A stretch of 64,000 nt of DNA from an uncultured virus (IMG/VR IMGVR_UViG_3300020281_001556) (Duplodnaviria > Heunggongvirae > Uroviricota > Caudoviricetes). The DNA lies in IMG/VR virus record IMGVR_UViG_3300020281_001556; one strand, 5' to 3'. Below are positions 1 through 7,783 of the stretch, in pieces. A program made the translations under genes and the position numbers. The first letter of the stretch is position 1; each line of letters starts with the position of its first letter. The notes beneath the pieces were generated by a model. That model saw only the letters and a list, made by a program, of their open reading frames with translations. It had not been told where the DNA came from and did not search any database.

Positions 1-27
1 TCGTGATTTTATCTTATCTATTATCAT
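1..27 (-). CDS. 5' end of a gene running off the left edge (MIIDKIKSR...), product unknown
   Basis: ATG at 27-25 overlaps the gp46 TGA stop (ATGA coupling); the frame stays open to the window edge. Confidence 0.5.
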
Positions 28-1799
28 TCATTATGTATTTCTACATCATTTTCATATGATGTGAATCCGTTTTCCTTAATTACTTTCAATACGTGTGTAA
101 CTCTACCAACAAGCTCATCTTTGTGCGATATCAAATATACATTTTTGTTACGTTCACGCCCCATTTTCTTTAGTATTGCAAGAGAGTTTTCAACTCCTGA
201 AGTATCCATACCCGAATCAACAAGCTCATCAATGAACAGCAGATTAATGTTTTGATACAAGCTCTCCCAGACATCTCTAAAAGCAAAACTCATACCAAGT
301 ATTAATCTGTTACGCTCACCTCTGGAAAGATTATCGAAATCAAGATCCTGACCTAGCTGTGTGATCTCAACACTCAAGTCGTTCATAAACACAACTTGAT
401 GTGGCAGTCCTAGTTTGTCAAGATAATGCGTGAGCCTGTTGTTCAGATATGCCAAGTTTTGATCAATAATCTTCTTACGTATAAAACTATCTTTGTTTGT
501 TAGTAGTTTCAACAAGAACTCTTGATGTTCTTTAAGATCATTGAGTGCATTGACTGTAGTCCAGTCAATTTCTTGGATTCCTGTGTTCTTTAAATCGTCA
601 ATCTGTTCCTGATAAGGATCAGTTTCTTCTTTTGCGTTTGCAAAAGCAGTTTTTAATTGTTCAACATTTTGTTTATGATCGTAAACTTCTTTGATTGTTT
701 CATAAAAAGTTTCTGGTCGTCCATTTATATCACCTATACTTGTAAGTTCCTTGTTTACGACATCAAGTTTATCGTTTATTTCTTTCTGATACGAAACAGC
801 ATCTTCAAGCTCTTTGGTCTTTTTGTTTTCAATTTCAGTTTTTTTATCTTCCTGTAGCTCTTGACCACAAGCATAACAAACAGCGTTGTCAAGTTCCTCT
901 ATGTCCTTTGTAACTTTTTCTACTGATTTGTCTGCTCTCATAAGTGCAGACTCCAAAGTAGATGTTTCTTTTTTCAAATTTGTAATTTTTGTATTAAGTT
1001 CTTCCCAGTTTTGCAACTGTTCGTGTTTTTCAATTTCTGCATCAACATCAAGATGCTCTAGTTCTGCAATTCCTTTTTGTAGTTTATCTATGTTTTTCTT
1101 TTTGTTTGTGTCCCATGCACTTTGTTTTAGTTTTAAACTATCAATAGTTTCTTTTATTCTTTCATTACTTTGTTGTTGTGCATTTAGCTTTGCATTTTCT
1201 TCTGTAATACTATCTCTTGTTTGTCTAATTTTTTCTTTTAACACTTCTGCTTTTTCAGAAAGAATAGTAATACCAAGAAGTTGTTCAATTATATCTTTTT
1301 GATCACCAACCTTCATGCTTAGGAAAGGTTCAGTATAGGTGTTTAGTGCAAGAATATGTTTGAACATATTATGGCTCATGCCTAATAATTCATTTATTGT
1401 TTCTTGTGTTTTACGACTATCACCTTGACTTTCATCTGTCAATTCTTGTTCTTGATCATTGATATAAAATTTTAGTGTGTTCGGACCACGTCCTCTTTCA
1501 ACCTTATAATCAATACCATCTTTTTCAAACGTTAGTGTAACCAACATTCCTTTGTTGTTGGTTTTGTTTATTAAGTTATTTTTTTTGATATTTGTCAAAG
1601 CAACACCATATAGGCCATAACTTAATGCATTTACTATGGTTGTCTTACCAGTACCATTACGTGATCCCATATCGTCACCACCTTGGTCAAGATTTTCTCC
1701 AAGGACTAGTGTTAATTGTTGTTTGTCAAAGTCAACTGCTTGGGTTTGATTACCCACACTCATAAAATTCTTTACTGTTAAGCTCTTAATCTTTATCAT
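24..1799 (-). CDS. gp46: Recombination endonuclease ATPase subunit, T4 gp46 / SbcC / Rad50-like
   Basis: Walker A GSRNGTGKTT, long coiled coil with CYAC zinc hook, signature LSRGE, Walker B LLFIDE, H-loop ISHK; overlaps the gp47 stop. Confidence 0.95.
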   Translation of the reverse strand: MIKIKSLTVKNFMSVGNQTQAVDFDKQQLTLVLGENLDQGGDDMGSRNGTGKTTIVNALSYGLYGVALTNIKKNNLINKTNNKGMLVTLTFEKDGIDYKVERGRGPNTLKFYINDQEQELTDESQGDSRKTQETINELLGMSHNMFKHILALNTYTEPFLSMKVGDQKDIIEQLLGITILSEKAEVLKEKIRQTRDSITEENAKLNAQQQSNERIKETIDSLKLKQSAWDTNKKKNIDKLQKGIAELEHLDVDAEIEKHEQLQNWEELNTKITNLKKETSTLESALMRADKSVEKVTKDIEELDNAVCYACGQELQEDKKTEIENKKTKELEDAVSYQKEINDKLDVVNKELTSIGDINGRPETFYETIKEVYDHKQNVEQLKTAFANAKEETDPYQEQIDDLKNTGIQEIDWTTVNALNDLKEHQEFLLKLLTNKDSFIRKKIIDQNLAYLNNRLTHYLDKLGLPHQVVFMNDLSVEITQLGQDLDFDNLSRGERNRLILGMSFAFRDVWESLYQNINLLFIDELVDSGMDTSGVENSLAILKKMGRERNKNVYLISHKDELVGRVTHVLKVIKENGFTSYENDVEIHNE

Positions 1800-2806
1800 A
1801 GTTCGTCATATATCCTTAACAGTATGTTCTTATCATAATTTTCTGTGTCAATTGCTGTGATCTCCTTGGTTACGATTTGATCAACAGTTTCAAACTGTGT
1901 TATATCAATGTCAGTATGTATTTCTTCATCTTGTTGGCTAGGAATAAGTGTTATTTCTCTACAATCATAATCATTAACAAAAGTTTCTTTGATAAAACTT
2001 GCTTCTTCATAAGATATAGGCAAGTCAAGTGTAACTCGCAAATACATTTTACTTTTTAAAAGTTTTTCTTTGTCTTCAAGAAGTTGCGAGAGTTTTAAAG
2101 TTCTATATTTAGGACAATTATCCCAATCAATATACTCAGGTTCTTTATTATTTTCTTTATCAAGGATCATCATACCACGTTTATCGTCCCATGCATCTGC
2201 ATAGTTGTGTGGAAATGCGTTACCCATATAATGGATTTTTCCTTGAACTTGTCTTTTATGAAAATGTCCTGAAAAGACATATTCTTGATGTTTAAAATGT
2301 TCAGCCTTCAGTTCACCAGTATCTGGCATTTGCACCATTGCATTCATGTAAAAGTTTGGCAATTCAAAATGTCCAAACATATACTTGGCTTTTATTTTAG
2401 AAATGTTTTTCCATTCGTCACCTACTAACCAAGGAACTAGAGCAACATCATCTTCTTCTAATATTTCGTCAACGTAGGTAATACCAGGAATATGTTTTCC
2501 AAACTCTAGTGAATAGATATCACGTTTATCTTTGTAATACAAGTCGTGATTACCTGCAAAAAAATAAAACTTGTCAAATGCCTTGCCAAGTTTTTCTAAA
2601 CATCTTGTTGTGCTATCAAGAGTTTGAACATTAATAGTATTTCTGTTATGATGCCAATCTCCACAGAATATTCCTGTTTCACAACCATTGTCTTTAGCTT
2701 TATCAATAAACCAATCTACAAATTCTTCACAATCCTGAAGATGTACTTTACTATTAGACTTTAATCCTAAATGGATGTCCGTAAAAACTGCCGCTTTTTT
2801 AAACAC
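1796..2806 (-). CDS. gp47: Recombination endonuclease nuclease subunit, T4 gp47 / SbcD / Mre11-like
   Basis: Metallophosphoesterase motifs DIHLG, GDWHH, GNHD, GHFE, SGHFH; GTG start with AGGAAGGA upstream; adjacent to gp46. Confidence 0.95.
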   Translation of the reverse strand: MFKKAAVFTDIHLGLKSNSKVHLQDCEEFVDWFIDKAKDNGCETGIFCGDWHHNRNTINVQTLDSTTRCLEKLGKAFDKFYFFAGNHDLYYKDKRDIYSLEFGKHIPGITYVDEILEEDDVALVPWLVGDEWKNISKIKAKYMFGHFELPNFYMNAMVQMPDTGELKAEHFKHQEYVFSGHFHKRQVQGKIHYMGNAFPHNYADAWDDKRGMMILDKENNKEPEYIDWDNCPKYRTLKLSQLLEDKEKLLKSKMYLRVTLDLPISYEEASFIKETFVNDYDCREITLIPSQQDEEIHTDIDITQFETVDQIVTKEITAIDTENYDKNILLRIYDEL

Positions 2807-2826
2807 TTCGTAATCCTTCCTGTGTC

Positions 2827-2855
2827 AGTATAACTTAAAAAACTATACTTGTCAA
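2827..2855 (-). promoter_or_regulatory. sigma70-type promoter for gp47/gp46
   Basis: Minus strand reads TTGACA-N17-TATACT in the short intergenic gap. Confidence 0.85.
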
Positions 2856-2856
2856 T

Positions 2857-3696
2857 CTATTTTTCAGTTTTTTGGCTAGATACAGCGTGATCTTTAAGTT
2901 GACGTTCCCATTCACCTTGAGATTGTCTTGTATAACTAGGATTCATATGATTCATTTCTAGTATATCATCTCTAATGTTTTGATTACGTTTTTCTATATT
3001 GATTACTCTTACAAATGAGTTTGTTACAGCCGCAGTGTAATATGCAAATGGATTGTTTGATTTTGATTCATCAAACTGTAATCCAATTTGCGAAAGTTGT
3101 AATATTGCTTGTCCTCTCATTTCATCGTTATATGTATAACCTCTAACGTTTCCACGAGTTGCATATCTATCACAAAGTTTCATCCACATCATAGCAAGTT
3201 TATTTGTAGCTTGGCCGTGAGCCTTATTGAAGTATCCATTTTCCATACCACCTTCCCAATGGCTCTTGCCTACACAAACTAATGCTCCATCATCGTTATA
3301 CTTGTAATGTTGAAAAGGAGGAAAGTTCAGTTTCGTTTTTGTGTCTGCAACTGTTTTAGGATTTTTCTTACGTCCTGGCTCGTCGGGTATATGATCATAA
3401 GTCATTATCCTAAATATTACATCTTCTTTTGCTATTTTTCTATAATCTACTTCAAATTCTGCGAGTTTTACTCTTTTGCCTTGTGCTTTTGCATTTTCAA
3501 ATGCTTTTTGTTGTAATCTTTTTGCCTTGTTTCTTTTTGCTTCTGCCACTGTTCTTATATTAATTTTATCAATGCTAGGGAGAATTAAATCATATTGTCC
3601 ATAATCAGGGTCAGTGTAGCTACAAAAAGTATTCTTCGATTTGGCAATTTCTGCCAATATGTCCTTGTTGTTAAGGTAATTTATGCGTTTATTCAT
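2857..3696 (-). CDS. gp55: Late-transcription sigma factor, T4 gp55-like
   Basis: YLNNKD N-terminal motif and GYTYNDEM...FDESKSNNPFAYYT motif typical of gp55; gp55-gp47-gp46 synteny; start set at ATG 3696 with a GGAGA RBS. Confidence 0.85.
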   Translation of the reverse strand: MNKRINYLNNKDILAEIAKSKNTFCSYTDPDYGQYDLILPSIDKINIRTVAEAKRNKAKRLQQKAFENAKAQGKRVKLAEFEVDYRKIAKEDVIFRIMTYDHIPDEPGRKKNPKTVADTKTKLNFPPFQHYKYNDDGALVCVGKSHWEGGMENGYFNKAHGQATNKLAMMWMKLCDRYATRGNVRGYTYNDEMRGQAILQLSQIGLQFDESKSNNPFAYYTAAVTNSFVRVINIEKRNQNIRDDILEMNHMNPSYTRQSQGEWERQLKDHAVSSQKTEK

Positions 3697-3719
3697 GTTA
3701 TCTCCAAAATACATACCAC

Positions 3720-3748
3720 ATTATAATATACTCTGTTAATTTTGTCAA
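3720..3748 (-). promoter_or_regulatory. Perfect-consensus sigma70 promoter for the gp55-like gene
   Basis: Minus strand reads TTGACA-aaattaacagagtatat(17)-TATAAT. Confidence 0.9.
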
Positions 3749-3755
3749 CTAAATA
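3748..3755 (+). promoter_or_regulatory. Putative T4-type late promoter (ACTAAATA) for the baseplate operon
   Basis: TAAATA core ~20 nt upstream of ATG 3776, with an AAGGAG RBS in between. Confidence 0.55.
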
Positions 3756-3775
3756 ATAGTAAGGAGTTAACCAAA

Positions 3776-4696
3776 ATGGCAGATACATATCCAGGTACAA
3801 ATATAAGCAAGACACCACCAACGGGAACAAATGCTGGTGGGCAAAACCAAAGTTCAGGTAATGCACCAGATTTTATTACAAAAGGATGGGATAAAGCCAA
3901 AGAGTACGGACAAAAAGTTTTTGATGGCATAAGTGATGGTGCAGAAAATTTTATGTCCGATATACGTGGACAAAACTTGCCGACTAATTTAGAAGCTAAA
4001 CCACCTGCCCAGCCTTTTTGGGGTGAAACCGAAGTAGAAAGAAAAGATTGGAGAGTCAGTCTTAGTCTCCCGCCAGGTGATGCTTTTCGCACATCAACGT
4101 TACTTGCTCCTCTAAAGGGCACACGATCCAAAATGGTTTTTCCTTACACGCCAACTATTATTTTGAGTCACACAGCGAGTTATAACCAAATAACTCCTAT
4201 ACATAATAATTATCCTTTCTTTGCGTATCAAAACTCACAAGTGGATCAGCTTGTTATCACTGGACAGTTTTATTGCCAAAATGATATTGAAGCAAGATAT
4301 TGGATTGCTTGTTTACATTATCTTAGAGCAGTAACAAAAATGAATTATGGTGCAGGAAGTTTCAAGGACGGATTAGGATCACCACCTCCTATAGTAAAAC
4401 TTAACGGATACGGAGAACACGTATTCAAGGACGTTCCTGTTATTATTACACAGTTTACAGTTGATATGCCTAATGAAGTTGATTATATAGGTACTGGTTT
4501 TGAAAACATGGAAAAAGAAATAGATGTAAGTGATTTTGCTCCACCTTCTAAGATACAAAGAATGGATTACACTTGGGCACCTTCAGAATCGCAATTTTCT
4601 GTAACATGTCAACCAGTTTACAGCAGAGACAAAGTTGAGAAATTTAGTTATACTGATTTCATTAATGGCAACAACTTAAAAGATGGATATATTTAA
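3776..4696 (+). CDS. Baseplate tail-tube initiator/cap-like protein (gp48/gp54-like)
   Basis: FPYTP, GSPPPIVKLNGYG and VPVIITQFTV motifs resembling contractile-system tube-fold proteins; first gene of the baseplate operon. Confidence 0.6.
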   Translation: MADTYPGTNISKTPPTGTNAGGQNQSSGNAPDFITKGWDKAKEYGQKVFDGISDGAENFMSDIRGQNLPTNLEAKPPAQPFWGETEVERKDWRVSLSLPPGDAFRTSTLLAPLKGTRSKMVFPYTPTIILSHTASYNQITPIHNNYPFFAYQNSQVDQLVITGQFYCQNDIEARYWIACLHYLRAVTKMNYGAGSFKDGLGSPPPIVKLNGYGEHVFKDVPVIITQFTVDMPNEVDYIGTGFENMEKEIDVSDFAPPSKIQRMDYTWAPSESQFSVTCQPVYSRDKVEKFSYTDFINGNNLKDGYI

Positions 4697-4986
4697 TGTC
4701 AAGCAGTCCTTACAAAGATACACAATTTAGATCAGATGGTTCACTAGGTATACTTAAAATCAGACAAGTACCAGCTAACAGTGACGATCCGTTATATACT
4801 GTAGAGCCACAATATCATCACAGACCAGATTTATTAGCATATGATTTATATAAGGATCAAAGACTATGGTGGATATTTGCACAAAGGAACATGTCTGTAA
4901 TGGAAGATCCCATTTACGATCTTGAATCAGGAATTCAAATTTACTTACCACAGCCAGCAAAAGTAAAACAGTTGTTAGGAGATTAA
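4696..4986 (+). CDS. Baseplate wedge protein gp53-like (LysM-like)
   Basis: RPDLLAYDLY...LWWIFAQRN...GIQIYLP pattern of gp53/tail X proteins. Confidence 0.8.
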   Translation: MSSSPYKDTQFRSDGSLGILKIRQVPANSDDPLYTVEPQYHHRPDLLAYDLYKDQRLWWIFAQRNMSVMEDPIYDLESGIQIYLPQPAKVKQLLGD

Positions 4987-4987
4987 A

Positions 4988-7783
4988 GTGTCCGATCCAA
5001 CAACGTTAATGAAACAATATGTTGAGAAGAATAAACAACAAATTAATGATGATTCTTTAGAATTTAATGATGGAGAATACGGTGCAACATCTCCAGTTAA
5101 GACAACTCCAGTACAATCTGCATTTGTAAAGCCAGTAATTACCGTAAAAGAACCGAACGGTGCTTTAGCTGACGAAGACGAACAGCTAGAACAAGCTGAA
5201 AGAGAAGAAGACGCACAGAAGGTTAGAGATCAAGCATATATAAAGTCTCTTAATCAATATAAAGCGGCACTTGGTGCAAGATTTCCTTTAGAAAATGAAC
5301 TAGAAAAATTTGCATCTGTAAATCATTTGTTTACATTTGGATGTATATCAAGCGAAGAATTAAATTTTCCTGATTCAACTTATAGAAAAGATGGTTTGAG
5401 AGAACAACAAATTACATTTAGAAGTGGTGGTTCAGCAGGAACAGGTAAACCTAGAACCTATGCAGAACAAATACACAACATAGATGTTGAATATTTTATA
5501 GACAAGGTAGAAATAGAAACTTATGTTGCACCTAATCCTAAAAGTAGAGGCACAAATTTTCATGTGATTAGATTCGAAGTTAGAGAACCTCTAAGTATGG
5601 GATTGCTTTTACAAACTATGCAACTTAATGCCAAGGCCGCAGGTTATGTAAACTACTTGGAAGCACCTTGGGCCTTAATAATGGAAACGGTTGGATTCAC
5701 AGACGGAGCAACTACGCCAACATATGGTCCTAGAAGATTGTTTCCTTTAAAGGTAGTAAACATCAATTTCACTATTGATACAGAAGGAAGTCTCTATTCA
5801 TTTATTTGTTCGCCCTTTAATGATGATGCATTTTCTGACCAAGCACAGAGTATTCCGGCAGATTTCAAAATATCAGGAGCAACTGTAGAACAAATGTTGC
5901 AGAGCGGATTGCAGAGTCTTGCAACCGGCTTAAACACAGCTATGTTAAAATCACGAGAAGAAAATAAAAATAGACAGGAAATAGATGTTGATGAATACAT
6001 GATTATTTTTCCTGATCCAGACAAAGGAAGTGATGACTTCCTAGGTTTTGAAAAAATAGATAGCACTGCATTATCTGGAGATTTAGCATTTAGAGAATTT
6101 GATGTAGATGCCGCGTTTGCTACTGTTGATAATGCAAACGGGCCAACAGGTTACAAAAATTATTACGACCAAGAAGCACACGCTGGAGAATTTTCAAACA
6201 TAACTTCTGCAGATATCAAAAGAAGTTTTGTTGAAGGCAGACTTGGATTCAGTGTCAAACGATCTAATCTTAGTGAAGCATTAAAGAAAAAATTTGCTGG
6301 CAGTAGTGGATATCAAAACTCAGTTGGTAAACAAGCTATCAATCCAGGAGATGATCCCTTAGGACAAGGTAATGTAAACTTTGGAAGACAACAATTTGTT
6401 CACAACAAAAAAACAGGAATAATGACTAGAAAAGGTACACAGATTGATTTAAAACAAAGAACATTTAATTTTAAAGCAGGAACCAAGATACAGAAAATTA
6501 TTGAAGAAATTGTTTTGTTAAGTGATTTTGGAAAAAGGCTTACAAAAGAAGGCGTAACATCTAAAGATGGAATGGTAGAATGGTTTAAGATTGAATCACA
6601 GGTGTACGTGTTAGACAGTCCTGCAACAGAAAAAATCATGGGGCGACCTCCTAGAATCTATGTGTATAAAGTTATACCTTATAGGGTTCATAGATCAATA
6701 TTTCAGATGCCCAATGATCCACCTCCGGGTTATGATGAACTTGAAGCACAAGCTGTGAAACATTACAACTACATGTACACAGGAAAAAATAAAGATATAC
6801 TTGAATTTGAGATTACATTTGATAATGCATTTTATGGATCTATTGCAAAAGATCAAGGAAACAACAGTGGAAACAATCAGCTTTCTGAACAAGGAACAAA
6901 TGTAAGACCACCTGAATATGAAACACAAGGTAATTCTGTAATTAATGGGACAGAAGGTCAAAAAGTTTTAAGTCAAAATGAAATGACAGATGAAATGATA
7001 GTTGCCGCAGGAAACCTTGCGGAGACATCAGAGGCAAAAATTGCAAGACAGTTTAATGATGCACTTATTAACAGTCCAGCAGATTTGATCACAGGTAGGA
7101 TGACCATAATGGGAGATCCTTACTATCTAGCGGATAGTGGCATGGGTAACTTTAACAGCGAAGCAACATCTTTCATGAATTTAAATGCAGATGGAACTAT
7201 GAACCATAGCACAAGCCAAGTTGATATTCTAATCAATTTTAGGACACCGGTTGACATAAGTCCAGAAGGAGTTAAATTTAACGGAGCTTCTATCGGAGTT
7301 AAGGACTTCAGTGGACTATATCAGGTAATTAGTGTTAATAATAGAATAGAAGGAAACGAATTTACGCAAGAACTTGACCTTGTGCGTAGAAGAAATTATG
7401 GATTCAAAGACAAGGCTGAATTCCTAGCACAGAAACGTGCTGAAGAGAAAAAGAAATATGAAAAAGCTGTTGCTACTGCTGAAGAAAGTGGAGACAAATA
7501 TGATATTGCTTTTGCAAAAGCAGACCTTAATGCAGATGGTAAATTGACAGTAAGTGAAGAACGTGCATTCATGCAAATGGATGGCATAACAGATGACGAT
7601 TTGAAAAATGCACAAATTAAAAAGCGTGGTGAAGCAGATGATGCCAGAAAAGCAGACGAAGCCGAGAAAAAGAAAAATCTGGAACTTTCGTTACAAGCAC
7701 AAGATGATGCATATCTAAGGGAGTCTGGTATAAGACAATCTCAAACAACAACCACTAATACAAATGAAACAGGACCAACTTAA
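4988..7783 (+). CDS. Baseplate hub protein (gp27-like) with a charged C-terminal extension
   Basis: Lies between gp53 and gp5; MTIMGDPYYL and FSGLYQVISVNNRI...FTQELDL hub-type motifs; GTG start. Confidence 0.6.
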   Translation: MSDPTTLMKQYVEKNKQQINDDSLEFNDGEYGATSPVKTTPVQSAFVKPVITVKEPNGALADEDEQLEQAEREEDAQKVRDQAYIKSLNQYKAALGARFPLENELEKFASVNHLFTFGCISSEELNFPDSTYRKDGLREQQITFRSGGSAGTGKPRTYAEQIHNIDVEYFIDKVEIETYVAPNPKSRGTNFHVIRFEVREPLSMGLLLQTMQLNAKAAGYVNYLEAPWALIMETVGFTDGATTPTYGPRRLFPLKVVNINFTIDTEGSLYSFICSPFNDDAFSDQAQSIPADFKISGATVEQMLQSGLQSLATGLNTAMLKSREENKNRQEIDVDEYMIIFPDPDKGSDDFLGFEKIDSTALSGDLAFREFDVDAAFATVDNANGPTGYKNYYDQEAHAGEFSNITSADIKRSFVEGRLGFSVKRSNLSEALKKKFAGSSGYQNSVGKQAINPGDDPLGQGNVNFGRQQFVHNKKTGIMTRKGTQIDLKQRTFNFKAGTKIQKIIEEIVLLSDFGKRLTKEGVTSKDGMVEWFKIESQVYVLDSPATEKIMGRPPRIYVYKVIPYRVHRSIFQMPNDPPPGYDELEAQAVKHYNYMYTGKNKDILEFEITFDNAFYGSIAKDQGNNSGNNQLSEQGTNVRPPEYETQGNSVINGTEGQKVLSQNEMTDEMIVAAGNLAETSEAKIARQFNDALINSPADLITGRMTIMGDPYYLADSGMGNFNSEATSFMNLNADGTMNHSTSQVDILINFRTPVDISPEGVKFNGASIGVKDFSGLYQVISVNNRIEGNEFTQELDLVRRRNYGFKDKAEFLAQKRAEEKKKYEKAVATAEESGDKYDIAFAKADLNADGKLTVSEERAFMQMDGITDDDLKNAQIKKRGEADDARKADEAEKKKNLELSLQAQDDAYLRESGIRQSQTTTTNTNETGPT

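Noticed and set aside
3697..3714. ORF-track upstream starts (3714, 39433, 50754, 51835, 52994, 57014)
   Set aside because: Downstream ATGs have better RBS or stop-start overlaps and align with paralog N-termini
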